Notes: generated by a model not told the origin, from the sequence alone. A stretch of 64,000 nucleotides of DNA from Candidatus Danuiimicrobium aquiferis (GCA_001804285.1 MHFR01000043.1:22970-86969); one strand, 5' to 3'; shown: positions 1 to 9,214, counted from the first letter of the stretch. Numbers and translations: made by a program.

Positions 1-810
1 CTTAAAGAAATCGAAAACAAACGTGGAAATAGCACCGTAACAAGAAATTTACGACTCGCCTCTTTAAAAACATTTTTCTCCTACCTGATTACAAAAGACA
101 CGCTAAGGGTAGGTCAATATCAGAAAATTATTTCCATTCCCCTTAAAAAAGCTTCCCATCCCCTCATGGAATATCTGGAGGTCAACGAAGTCAAAGCTAT
201 TCTCAATGCCATTGACCGAGATGCATTTTCCGGTGAGCGCGATTACACGCTTCTCAACCTACTCTACAATACAGGAGCTCGAGTCCAAGAAGTCTGCGAC
301 CTTTCGGTAGGCGCTATTCAGTTGCATCATCCATCCTTTGTGACAATCACCGGAAAAGGACGCAAAACCAGACAAGTACCCCTTTGGCCTGAGACCGCCC
401 ATTTGTTAGAGTCCTATTTGACAGGTCGTGCCTTACTCGACAAACCGGATGCCAAGCTCTTTTTGAATGCCCGAGGAGAAACGCTAGGTCGATTTGGAAT
501 CCGGTATATCATTCGGAAAAGGATTGCTGGCGCCATTGATGACTGTCCGAGTTTGGCTAGCAAAAAAACAGGTCCTCATACCTTTCGCCATACGACGGCG
601 ATGCACTTGCTTCAAGCCGGCGTTGATCTCACGGTAATAAAAAGCTGGTTAGGTCATGCAAATTTATCGACAACGCATGGCTATCTTGAAATCGATCTTG
701 AAATGAAACGCAAAGCGCTTTCCATGTGTCACCCTGTAGGAAAATCTGTAGATTTGAAGAAATTCATGGAGCGAAACAAGGATGTTATCAGCTGGCTAGA
801 GTCCGTTTAG
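1..810 (+). CDS. Tyrosine recombinase / phage-type integrase, 5'-partial: the reading frame is open from base 1, and the ORF track only starts at the internal Met at 166
   Basis: C-terminal catalytic region with HTFRHTTAMHLL...GHANLSTTHGYLE (the R..H..R..Y catalytic signature). In-frame upstream residues NSTVTRNLRLASLKTFFSYL resemble the N-terminal core-binding domain. Confidence 0.8.
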   Translation, partial: LKEIENKRGNSTVTRNLRLASLKTFFSYLITKDTLRVGQYQKIISIPLKKASHPLMEYLEVNEVKAILNAIDRDAFSGERDYTLLNLLYNTGARVQEVCDLSVGAIQLHHPSFVTITGKGRKTRQVPLWPETAHLLESYLTGRALLDKPDAKLFLNARGETLGRFGIRYIIRKRIAGAIDDCPSLASKKTGPHTFRHTTAMHLLQAGVDLTVIKSWLGHANLSTTHGYLEIDLEMKRKALSMCHPVGKSVDLKKFMERNKDVISWLESV

Positions 811-889
811 TCATTAAAATTATGTGAAGTGAATCGCGTAAGAATTCCAACCCTGGCAACGTCTTCCGCCACTAACTGCACATAACAAA

Positions 890-1396
890 CTACTCAACAT
901 AAAAGCCATTATGTGGAGCTCCACATAAAGGTTTATAGGCAGTTTTGCAAAAATCAAAATGCCAGCCTTTTCCGTTTTCTTCCGTAGGATGTGAAGCGAA
1001 ATAATCGGAATGCTCCTTCGGGATGAGTCTCGGGAAAAAACAGGTCTCATGACTGCAATCTCCCGAGCAGGTCCGTTTATCGATCGTTTCACCGCCAAAC
1101 CACGGCTTCGATCTGACATCTTCAAGCCATGGATTAGCGATACCGCCTGCAATTTCTGACGGCCATGCAATCCCCAACTCGTGAGTGGCCGGATGATGGC
1201 ATTTCGCAAGACCGTTGAAAGAAATCAAGGTTTTATCGATGGTGGGTGTGCCCTCGCCGTCGCCATCAGCCAATTGAATCCCGAATTTATCGAAACTCGG
1301 CATTAACTTTTGAAAATCTGAGGCGATTCCGGCAAAAATGCCCGGCTCAATTTCTTTATCTTTCCGATACCAATAGTGTGTATATCCCATGTTCAA
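890..1396 (-). CDS. Hypothetical protein (168 aa), contains HHPATHELG and several Cys/His
   Basis: Long ORF co-directional with the downstream minus-strand cluster; no recognisable domain. Confidence 0.45.
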   Translation of the reverse strand: MNMGYTHYWYRKDKEIEPGIFAGIASDFQKLMPSFDKFGIQLADGDGEGTPTIDKTLISFNGLAKCHHPATHELGIAWPSEIAGGIANPWLEDVRSKPWFGGETIDKRTCSGDCSHETCFFPRLIPKEHSDYFASHPTEENGKGWHFDFCKTAYKPLCGAPHNGFYVE

Positions 1397-1478
1397 GACC
1401 TCCCTAAAAATAAAAAAGGGAAGAGACCCGAAGGCCGCTTCCCTTTTTGAAGTTGATATTCTTGTTTTTGAAAATTCT

Positions 1479-1868
1479 TTACTTCTGTTCGTTCCAGTTC
1501 CAGATAACGCTATTGACGTTTACGGGAACACATTTACGTTCTAAATGTTTACACCGTTCCGCTAACTCAAGAGCGGGGTTCTTTGCTTCCGCTGAAAAGG
1601 CAAACGAAAGATCGTAATGCTCCACGTGTTTTCCTTTCCAATAGACGTATCCTTCATGGTCGATCGTCAGATGCTCAACCCCATGAAGGAACGGCTTCTT
1701 GTATTTTCCGGAAGTTACTTCTTCGTGAAGTTCCTTAAACTTTCTTTCTCCTTTTTCATTCAGAAATCCATTGACGGCATTTTCGAGCAATTTCAAATGC
1801 TCGGGTGAAAGGTCCCCGCCGTCATTTGTTCTTGTTAATATGTCACACGCCATTCCACAGAAATTCAT
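1479..1868 (-). CDS. Hypothetical protein (129 aa)
   Basis: ORF co-directional with the cluster; no recognisable motif. Confidence 0.45.
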   Translation of the reverse strand: MNFCGMACDILTRTNDGGDLSPEHLKLLENAVNGFLNEKGERKFKELHEEVTSGKYKKPFLHGVEHLTIDHEGYVYWKGKHVEHYDLSFAFSAEAKNPALELAERCKHLERKCVPVNVNSVIWNWNEQK

Positions 1869-1893
1869 ATCTCAATCCTCCTTCGTTATTTGT

Positions 1894-2535
1894 TTAGATT
1901 GCCACAGCCACTTTCACTGTTTTGGGCACCATCACTTCTTCCTCCGTGATTTTGTGAGATTTTGCAAAATGGATGAACGACTCCACCGCTAAATCACATG
2001 TTCTGTCAAAATCTTTCACTAAAATCAAACGGCGGCGAAGATCCTCATGGCTCCACGATTCATAATCGCAATCGTCATCAGTTCCACGACCGGGATATGT
2101 GAATGGTTGCCAAAGAGGTCCCCGAAGAAGCTCCAACGTTCCGGAACAGCCTTCAACATGGCAAGGCTGGCGGGTTTCATACCATGTCGGAATAAAACAG
2201 TCCGTACAACACGTCTTATGTCCCGAATCTTTCTTACCGCCCTGATACAAAACCAGGTAGCCTCCGCTTCTTCCGTTTTGACCAATCTGCCACGCATAGT
2301 CATGACGGATAGCAAAATCGTGAAGAATCGCTGAGAACTCATCAAAGGATTCAGGAATGTCCAGCATGTCGTAACACTTGAGTTCCGTTTCTCGGTCAAG
2401 ACCGAGCTTACGGACTTTGATGTTTCGCGCATAACTGGTCGCTCTATTCCATGAATTTCCGGTGTGATACCGAAAATGCTCTTTCAATAGTTGACGCATC
2501 TTCTGTTTTGATCTTGGTGACTCTGTCATATTCAT
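1894..2535 (-). CDS. Hypothetical Cys-rich protein (213 aa)
   Basis: ORF with CCTDC...C.H..CxG cysteine cluster; function unknown. Confidence 0.45.
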   Translation of the reverse strand: MNMTESPRSKQKMRQLLKEHFRYHTGNSWNRATSYARNIKVRKLGLDRETELKCYDMLDIPESFDEFSAILHDFAIRHDYAWQIGQNGRSGGYLVLYQGGKKDSGHKTCCTDCFIPTWYETRQPCHVEGCSGTLELLRGPLWQPFTYPGRGTDDDCDYESWSHEDLRRRLILVKDFDRTCDLAVESFIHFAKSHKITEEEVMVPKTVKVAVAI

Positions 2536-2620
2536 ATCGTTTTCTCCTTCCCGAATAAAAATGTGTCCGGATGTCTTTCCGAGTTTGCTGATTAGAATTC
2601 CGCAATCGGGCGGATTTTCG

Positions 2621-3706
2621 TTATTTTTTTCCGGGCAGTTTCACCATTTTCCCAAATGATCCTGAAAAACTGCCTTCCGGCGTAATACACCAGAGAGTCT
2701 GAAATCTGGACCGTTCAGGATAATCACCGCAACCGTCTGTGAGATAGACAAGTGCATCCGGTCGAAGTTTCTCGGCCAGTTCAAAAACAGGTCTGAAACT
2801 TGTTCCGCCACGGCCTGAAACCGCTTTCGGACGCGATTTATAACGGTACACATTTCCCACTTTCGCATCGCATTCCGCGACCGTGACATCCATCCCCAGG
2901 GCCTTGATCTTCTCGATCTCGGTGAAAAAGAGCGAAAGCTCTCTGTCGCTGACACTGCCGCTTGTATCAAGTCCAATTAAGAGCTTCAGTTTCTGTTCTA
3001 CCTTCTCACCCGGCAGTTCCTCAAATCTCCGGTTCGGACGTTTTCTTGAAAAAACAGATTTCAAGAGCGTCGCATGGATAAGAAATCGCTCGAGTACCCG
3101 TCTCCAGTTAATTCCTGATTTTTCGAGAAACTCTTTCAGCGCTTTTTCCATGGTGCCGGGAAGTGAACCGTAATCTTTCGTCTCATCCAACGAAACTTTA
3201 ATGGAACGCCTTAAGAATTCCTGCTGGTATTCAGGGTCCTCGATTGACTCTTTCCAAAGATCGTGGTCATCAAGCATGTCTGAACTCATCTTTGCGGTCT
3301 TGACTTGGAGATTCCCAGCGTTCTCGACAAGCTTCTTGTAATACCATTCCGCGGTCTCATATTCCCCAAGATCGAAGAGCTTTGGAAGGAGAGCGGTTTT
3401 GGGAAGGCTCTCAATATATGGATTGATCGCAAGATCGCAGGCAATATTGAAAACCCGCTTGTCTTTGCCGTCTCCTCTGAAAAGATGAAGGTTTAAAAGA
3501 TGAAGCACTTCATGTTCAAGACAAGCGACCCGTTCCTTGAATTCGAGACCTTGAAGAAACACGGGGTTATAGTAAAGATTGATTCTGTTTGTGATATTGA
3601 CGCCGAGTGTCGGGACCCTCTCGGTTTCAATCCTGTTCATCTGCTGGATAAAATGAGCGTAAAAAGGTTTCGTTCTGACGAGTGAAACGACCATTTCTTC
3701 AATCAT
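2621..3706 (-). CDS. VWA-domain protein with N-terminal HExxH metallopeptidase-like domain (DUF2201-like partner of MoxR)
   Basis: HEVLH motif in the N-terminal third and a LIGLDTSGSVS MIDAS-like VWA motif further along. ATG at 3706 has an AAAGGAAG RBS and overlaps the upstream stop by 8 nt; the ORF-track start at 3730 is a TTG. Confidence 0.7.
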   Translation of the reverse strand: MIEEMVVSLVRTKPFYAHFIQQMNRIETERVPTLGVNITNRINLYYNPVFLQGLEFKERVACLEHEVLHLLNLHLFRGDGKDKRVFNIACDLAINPYIESLPKTALLPKLFDLGEYETAEWYYKKLVENAGNLQVKTAKMSSDMLDDHDLWKESIEDPEYQQEFLRRSIKVSLDETKDYGSLPGTMEKALKEFLEKSGINWRRVLERFLIHATLLKSVFSRKRPNRRFEELPGEKVEQKLKLLIGLDTSGSVSDRELSLFFTEIEKIKALGMDVTVAECDAKVGNVYRYKSRPKAVSGRGGTSFRPVFELAEKLRPDALVYLTDGCGDYPERSRFQTLWCITPEGSFSGSFGKMVKLPGKK

Positions 3707-4082
3707 GATGTCTTCCTTTCTTTGAATCAAATAATACGGTTTTGTTTTTAATCGCCTGTTCGTAGGCCACGTAAATCACTTTTCCTTTTGCGATCTCAAG
3801 CGCCCAATTGTCATCTCGCTCTTCCCCCGAGGCATCAATCCAACCTTGAACGTGCCCCGGGAAAGCTCTGACAATAGCCATCGCGAATTTTTCAAGTTCT
3901 TCGTGATAATTTTTCCAGTTGCCGAAGACGGAAATATGGAGGCCCTCCTTTGTTTTTTCGATTTTGACTTCATTCCGCCAGCCCGGAAAACGGCTCCTTA
4001 AAATATGGTTAAAACGCTTCAAGTCTTTTTCTTTCAAATCATCCATGTCGATACTTCCCGAAAAATCAGTGTAGTAACCCAT
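3699..4082 (-). CDS. Hypothetical protein (127 aa) wedged between the MoxR and VWA genes
   Basis: ORF with an 8-nt overlap onto the VWA gene start, consistent with translational coupling. Confidence 0.5.
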   Translation of the reverse strand: MGYYTDFSGSIDMDDLKEKDLKRFNHILRSRFPGWRNEVKIEKTKEGLHISVFGNWKNYHEELEKFAMAIVRAFPGHVQGWIDASGEERDDNWALEIAKGKVIYVAYEQAIKNKTVLFDSKKGRHHD

Positions 4083-4097
4083 TTGATTTTGCCCTCC

Positions 4098-5144
4098 CTA
4101 GGCTGCCTGTACCGCTTGAGCGAGTTTCTCGGAGAATTTCTCCTGCCCGTGAAGATAGATATTGATCTCTGGAATCTTCACAAGCTCTTTGGTGAGCGCA
4201 AATGCAAGATCGACCGGAAGTTCATCAAGAAACTCAAGCAGATTTGCTTTTTCTTTCTGGGACAATGCTTTTGCTTTTCCTTCTTTTGAAAGAATCCTTA
4301 AAAGCTCATCCCCCGTAATTCTTAAAAGATCAAGTCTCGCTTTCTTTCCAGTCGAATATTTCTTGACCCGGGATTTCACGTCGGAATAATCCGAAAGGAC
4401 GTCTTCTGCTTTAATAGGCAGCTCCTGATCTTTCTTCAAACTTTCAATAAAAGCGATCGCCGCTTCTTTTCCGACAAGGCCCATCGCGCATTGGAGCCAG
4501 AGTCGGTCCTCAAGCCCGATTAACATTCTTGAAAGCATCTCCCAAGATCTGGGGGAAGGAAGCACCTCTAACGGAAGATCTCCTGCCTGACTTCCCAGAA
4601 GATGGGGATAGCGGGCAATTAGATTTGAAATATCTTCTCTTATTTTTCCCGTGTCTTTTCCCCAACCGAGCCATTCGTTGGTTTCAGGTTTGAAGTGAAT
4701 GTGGATGAAGCGATCCAGCAATGCCGGATCCAGTTCGTTAACGAAATAATCGCTTCCGGACGGATTTGAAGCGCAGACGATTTTCCAGCCATCGGGAAGA
4801 TGGTGCGTATGGAGCCTTCTTTCAAGAACAAGCTGAAAGATCGCCTGAAGAACGTCAAGGCGAGCGCGGTTGAGTTCATCAAGAAAAAGGATCCCTGAGC
4901 TTTTGTCCGTCGGAAACCATGACGGTTTGAGCCAGACAGTTCTTCCGTTTTCTTTGGAAGGAAGCCCGATTAAATCTCCGACTTCCATTTGACCGAGCCT
5001 CAAGTCAACGCATTCATATTTAAGTTCTTGGGCAAGCTCTTGAACGATCTGGCTTTTTCCGATCCCGTGCTGACCCCAGATGAGAGGGGTAACGCTGGCG
5101 TTAAAACATTGTTTGAGTACTTTTACTAAATCGGCGGTGTTCAT
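4098..5144 (-). CDS. MoxR-like AAA+ ATPase (AAA_5 family)
   Basis: Walker A GQHGIGKS, Walker B ILFLDELNRA, and the typical MoxR length and layout. GAAAGGA RBS. Confidence 0.8.
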   Translation of the reverse strand: MNTADLVKVLKQCFNASVTPLIWGQHGIGKSQIVQELAQELKYECVDLRLGQMEVGDLIGLPSKENGRTVWLKPSWFPTDKSSGILFLDELNRARLDVLQAIFQLVLERRLHTHHLPDGWKIVCASNPSGSDYFVNELDPALLDRFIHIHFKPETNEWLGWGKDTGKIREDISNLIARYPHLLGSQAGDLPLEVLPSPRSWEMLSRMLIGLEDRLWLQCAMGLVGKEAAIAFIESLKKDQELPIKAEDVLSDYSDVKSRVKKYSTGKKARLDLLRITGDELLRILSKEGKAKALSQKEKANLLEFLDELPVDLAFALTKELVKIPEINIYLHGQEKFSEKLAQAVQAA

Positions 5145-5206
5145 AAAAAGTCCTTTCGATTGGTTGTCTAATGAATTGGTTTTGGAATGACGAAAACGCG
5201 CAATGC

Positions 5207-6262
5207 TTAACGATTGAAGAAGTAGAGGATCTCGCTGAAGGAAGTAAAAGTCTGGCGGCGGAAAAAATAATATGAACCGCGCGTAGGGTGCGCGACTTCA
5301 ATACCGCCCAGTTTAGGTGAAATCCAAAGCAGATGATAATGAAAATGCTTGAGATAATACCATGCCAGTGCAGCGATCTTGTCCCGGTCCTCGCATGGAA
5401 CCGGCCTTGGAATTACCTTCTCTTCAATTACTTTGCTTGAAACTGTTCCGTCATTGAAATATCGGTAGGGCTGAACGATTTTGAATTTTTTTCTTTTAAG
5501 TGGATGAGCAACTCTCCACTCTGATTCTTTCGTTCTATATCTCGGCCGATACATCAATTTTTTTCCGCCATAAGCGAGAAGCCTTAAGAATTCTTCAGCG
5601 TTTCCGTACTGACGCCGGATACTTTGTAAGCACTGTTTTACCGTTTCTTCTTCCGTGACCATACAGTGCTTGATTATTTTTTGACTATTGAGACAGCAAG
5701 TCCCCTCGTAAATGCATCGTGAACAATATTTTGCTATCTTTTTTTCCTGATACTCCCATAAGTGGTGCGAGACGATCCGCATTTTCCTGTTACGCCGGAT
5801 CGTCTTGGAATTAAATTCAGTCCAGTTTATGTGTGGTGTGTAAAACCCGGAGAATTTGTTCACATCGGTAGGCCGGAGCTTCTTCCATCCATCAAGTGAA
5901 ATCTGAAACGCTTTAACATGGTCCACGGGATCAAAGGAACAACCGTTCGGCGCGATATTACGGTCAAAACAGTTGCCAGTGATCCCGTTCAGCTTGTTTT
6001 TGCATAAATCGCAAAATTTGGGATCTCTCATATTCCCATCTATCAGGATATAAGGTTTCGGATCTTCATCTAAATCTCCCCAGAGAGGATGATAACCATT
6101 TCCTGATGTTTCGACAGGCTTGCCTTTCACCTCACTTAAAGGAGTAATACAAAGTTTTTCCGACTCTTTCCTGACAAGGCAGGAGTCCGGTTTCAAAAAA
6201 TCAAGATCCTCCGGATTTGGGAAAACAAATGTTCCTTTTATCTTGGTGTAAACTTTTTCCAT
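5207..6262 (-). CDS. Cys-rich protein, paralogue A (351 aa), putative Zn-binding; function unknown
   Basis: Shares FCDLCKxKLNGITxNCFDRNI..GCSF and KYCSRCI..G.C..NS.KI..HC.V..EE.T..CLQ.I...GN.EEFL.LLAY blocks with the adjacent gene. Strong AGAAAGAGGA RBS. Confidence 0.6.
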   Translation of the reverse strand: MEKVYTKIKGTFVFPNPEDLDFLKPDSCLVRKESEKLCITPLSEVKGKPVETSGNGYHPLWGDLDEDPKPYILIDGNMRDPKFCDLCKNKLNGITGNCFDRNIAPNGCSFDPVDHVKAFQISLDGWKKLRPTDVNKFSGFYTPHINWTEFNSKTIRRNRKMRIVSHHLWEYQEKKIAKYCSRCIYEGTCCLNSQKIIKHCMVTEEETVKQCLQSIRRQYGNAEEFLRLLAYGGKKLMYRPRYRTKESEWRVAHPLKRKKFKIVQPYRYFNDGTVSSKVIEEKVIPRPVPCEDRDKIAALAWYYLKHFHYHLLWISPKLGGIEVAHPTRGSYYFFRRQTFTSFSEILYFFNR

Positions 6263-6295
6263 GTTAGTGTCCTCTTTCTAAGGTTGTGACAAAAA

Positions 6296-7402
6296 CTAAC
6301 GCTCAAAGCGTAGAATGTCGTTGAACGAACGAAAGATTTTGGTCTGACGGCTAAGCTGCCAGCCGTAAGGGTAATACATCACTTCAATTCCACCCGTAAC
6401 GGGAAGAACAGAAAGCACACGGATGGTCCGTCCCCGGTATCCCCGGTAAAAACCTCTGCCGTTTAAACAATACTTTTCAATAAAAAACCATGAAAGTGCG
6501 GCAATTCTCTCCCGGTTTTCTAAAGGGACCGTTTCCGGTGTGAGCGCTTTCTCTACCTTCCGCCTTGAGACTTTCGTCATTTTGAAAGGCCCATAGGCTT
6601 TGCGCACGAGAAAATGATTGCGGCCAAATGGTCTTGAAACCAGCCACCTCGATTTTCGGGACGCTTTCAACGGTCGATGAACGATCTCCTGTCCCGAATA
6701 GGCCAAAAGTTGAAGAAATTCCTCAATATTTCCAAACCTTTTCTGGATTCTCTGCAAGCAACGCTCGATCGTTTTCTCCTCAGTCAGCACCTTGCAATGT
6801 TCCGCAATTTTCGTGCTGTTCATGTAACAAAGTCCGTTAAAAATGCAGCGGGAGCAATATTTTTCTTCTTTGTTCTCGAGACATTCCCTGAAATTTGCTC
6901 TCACTTTCCGGGCATTTTTGTTTCGCGCAATTGTCTTTGCATCAAGACCAATATACTCGGCGCTGAACGGCTTTCTGAAAGGGGAATACCTATTTGCGTC
7001 AGTAGGCGCGAGATACTTCCAACCGTTAAGGTCAATATTAAATTCGGCCGGTTTTTTAAGCGGGACAAATGAACAGCCTTTGGATTTTATATTTCGATCA
7101 AAACAATTCGCCGTAATTCCGTTCAACTTATCTTTACACAGATCACAGAATTTCGCGCTTCTGCTCTCACCTCCAAGAACCAGAGATTTTTCCGCTTTTT
7201 CTCCATCGCTATAGATCCTGAATATTGAGTCCCACCTATCCGAACCCGTTTCAACCTCTTTTCCAGTTAAACATTCAAGAGATTGAACGTATAGCTGCCC
7301 TTTTCTCTTTGCTACAACGCAGGAGTCGAGCCTAAGTCCGCTCAAGTCCCCCGGATCATTCAGCACATAAATGTCCTGCAATTTTGTATAAAGCTTTTTC
7401 AT
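6296..7402 (-). CDS. Cys-rich protein, paralogue B (about 368 aa), putative Zn-binding; function unknown
   Basis: Collinear similarity to 5207..6262 across the whole length. Preferred start is the ATG at 7402 (AAAAGGAG RBS) rather than the ORF-track start at 7420. Confidence 0.6.
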   Translation of the reverse strand: MKKLYTKLQDIYVLNDPGDLSGLRLDSCVVAKRKGQLYVQSLECLTGKEVETGSDRWDSIFRIYSDGEKAEKSLVLGGESRSAKFCDLCKDKLNGITANCFDRNIKSKGCSFVPLKKPAEFNIDLNGWKYLAPTDANRYSPFRKPFSAEYIGLDAKTIARNKNARKVRANFRECLENKEEKYCSRCIFNGLCYMNSTKIAEHCKVLTEEKTIERCLQRIQKRFGNIEEFLQLLAYSGQEIVHRPLKASRKSRWLVSRPFGRNHFLVRKAYGPFKMTKVSRRKVEKALTPETVPLENRERIAALSWFFIEKYCLNGRGFYRGYRGRTIRVLSVLPVTGGIEVMYYPYGWQLSRQTKIFRSFNDILRFER

Positions 7403-7419
7403 GATGTCGCTCCTTTTCA

Positions 7420-7920
7420 TTATTTTTGCTGTTCAAAACGGATCCCTTCCAAGAAATACTGATTTAGCTTGTCTCTTACGTCATAATAAATATTCGCCAT
7501 CTCCTTCTGAAGCGCCTCGCTGGTCGGCCACACAAAATTCCATGCTTTAGAATCATGTTCACAAAGCACAACGTCTTGAAATATCACAAGCACGTGAGTG
7601 GTATCTTCATATGTGGGATCAACATAAATCGAGATCCCTGAATTGTGGATTTTCTTTTCGCGAAGATATTCATTCTCGACCTTGTCCCTGATGACACTGA
7701 AAAAGTCGTAGTATTTCGATTTGATTGCATAAAGGAGATCTTCCCCGACAAATTCTTCAGGAACACAACCTTCCTGTGGCTCCAAGTAAATTCTTCTTAC
7801 GAGGGCACATCCTTCATCCTCATGCCCCACTTCAAAGACACCTTGATAGCGGCTGAGAAGAAGCTTCTTTAATCCGTCATAAAGCTCGCAACTGAGTACT
7901 TCGCGTTTTGGATATTCCAT
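7420..7920 (-). CDS. Hypothetical protein (166 aa)
   Basis: ORF directly upstream of the Cys-rich pair on the same strand. Confidence 0.5.
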   Translation of the reverse strand: MEYPKREVLSCELYDGLKKLLLSRYQGVFEVGHEDEGCALVRRIYLEPQEGCVPEEFVGEDLLYAIKSKYYDFFSVIRDKVENEYLREKKIHNSGISIYVDPTYEDTTHVLVIFQDVVLCEHDSKAWNFVWPTSEALQKEMANIYYDVRDKLNQYFLEGIRFEQQK

Positions 7921-8147
7921 TGCTTTGCCTCCTTATCGTTCCATTTCTTCAATAATTTTTTCATGTTGAAGGTTTTTGGGAACGGGCGGGAAAATTTCTT
8001 CCCGCCCGATCTCCGTTTAGATTCCTTATCTCACTTCAACACGCCAACCGAAGCGCCTGAATCTCTCAATCAGATTTGTGTGCATTCCAAGTTTTTCTTT
8101 TTTCACAATGAGTGTTTTCATGTAACAGCCCTCCTGAAAAATAGAAA

Positions 8148-8176
8148 GGAGAAGCAAAAAATGCTTCCCCTTTTTC
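8148..8176 (-). terminator. Rho-independent terminator-like hairpin (GGGGAAGC / GCTTCTCC) followed by a T-rich tract on the minus strand
   Basis: 8-bp stem with one G-U pair and a 7-nt loop, followed by TTTCTATTTTT. Confidence 0.4.
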
Positions 8177-8201
8177 ATATGTTTTTTTGTTTAAATGAAA
8201 C

Positions 8202-8432
8202 TTAAGTTTTCGCGCTCAATTCATTTTTTGCGCGAGTGATCCCTTCGTGAAGATCGGAAGCGAATTCCGAACTCACCGTGACCCCTTTTTTCGTTGGGAT
8301 CCAATCAGAGCCTTTCTCACCTTTGCAAAACACTCTGATATCAATGTAGATCTTTTCTTTGTATGTCCGGAGCGAAGTCCTGATTTCCTCAGTTTCGCTT
8401 CTTTTAAATGAATGAACCATATGAGATTCCAT
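8202..8432 (-). CDS. Hypothetical small protein (76 aa)
   Basis: GGGAGGAA RBS 7 nt upstream of the ATG; a terminator-like hairpin lies downstream. Confidence 0.4.
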   Translation of the reverse strand: MESHMVHSFKRSETEEIRTSLRTYKEKIYIDIRVFCKGEKGSDWIPTKKGVTVSSEFASDLHEGITRAKNELSAKT

Positions 8433-8511
8433 GATTTTCCTCCCTAAAATAGAAAAAGGGAGAAGCGGTTCTCAAAAACCACCTCTCCCCTGGGTTATGC
8501 TCAAAACGGGA

Positions 8512-9030
8512 TTAAGCCGCTTGAGTCATTGATTCTCTTTCGGCCGTGTCTGGTTCCATGCTCGAAAGTGCATCGACCACGCCGTCAATAGACGATTCCA
8601 GAATGGAAAGAGCTTTCTTTCCGCTCGGAATAAAATTTCCGTTATCTCCTTTGGCAGCATAACAGATCCGAACAGAACTGTTCTTCGGACCTCGCACCTT
8701 CGAGATTTGATATTGTTGGGTCTCGGAAATTTCAACGGCTGTAACGAGCCGTGTCTCGCATTTCTTTCCGTCGGTTGGCATCGGAAGTTCAGGCTCATTC
8801 TTCGCTGTCATGAGCGCTGTTGCAACTTCCCGGCGAAACTTTACCAGGATGTTCATCCCTTCTTTTGCTTTTTTGAAACCGCCGTCTTTCCTGTAAAACA
8901 CATGAAGATCCAAAAAAGGGTCACCCTTTTTGCCTGTCCAAGCGCAGATTCGATAAATATCATTCTCGAATCTGGGAACGTCCTTAATGATCTTGTTTTG
9001 ATTCTTGTTGTTTTCGTTCTGGGTATTCAT
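8512..9030 (-). CDS. Hypothetical protein (172 aa)
   Basis: ORF with no recognisable motif. Confidence 0.45.
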   Translation of the reverse strand: MNTQNENNKNQNKIIKDVPRFENDIYRICAWTGKKGDPFLDLHVFYRKDGGFKKAKEGMNILVKFRREVATALMTAKNEPELPMPTDGKKCETRLVTAVEISETQQYQISKVRGPKNSSVRICYAAKGDNGNFIPSGKKALSILESSIDGVVDALSSMEPDTAERESMTQAA

Positions 9031-9125
9031 TGTTTTTCTCCTTTTTTGATTTTAAGTTGAATGGACTTTATGAAACTTTAAAATTGATTCTGTTCGACTT
9101 TGATCACCTCCTGTTTATGGGTTGC

Positions 9126-9177
9126 AATATAAAGAAAATGGGGAAAGTCCCCGTAGATCGGCCAGAGAACTTTCCCC
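9126..9177 (-). terminator. Rho-independent terminator downstream of the coupling-protein gene
   Basis: 9-bp inverted repeat GGGGAAAGT / ACTTTCCCC (9140-9148 and 9169-9177) followed on the minus strand by ATTTTCTTTATATT. Confidence 0.45.
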
Positions 9178-9214
9178 GTCTGTTTAATAGATAATATGAA
9201 GCAATAGCGCTCGA

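Noticed and set aside
3707-3730. TTG start at 3730 for the VWA/HExxH gene, as implied by the ORF track.
   Set aside because: The ATG at 3706 has a good AAAGGAAG RBS and produces only an 8-nt overlap with the upstream gene. The TTG start would overlap it by 32 nt with no RBS.
6628-7214. Three plus-strand ORFs of 70-131 aa inside the Cys-rich paralogue gene.
   Set aside because: They are antisense to a gene supported by paralogy and a strong RBS, so they are typical shadow ORFs.
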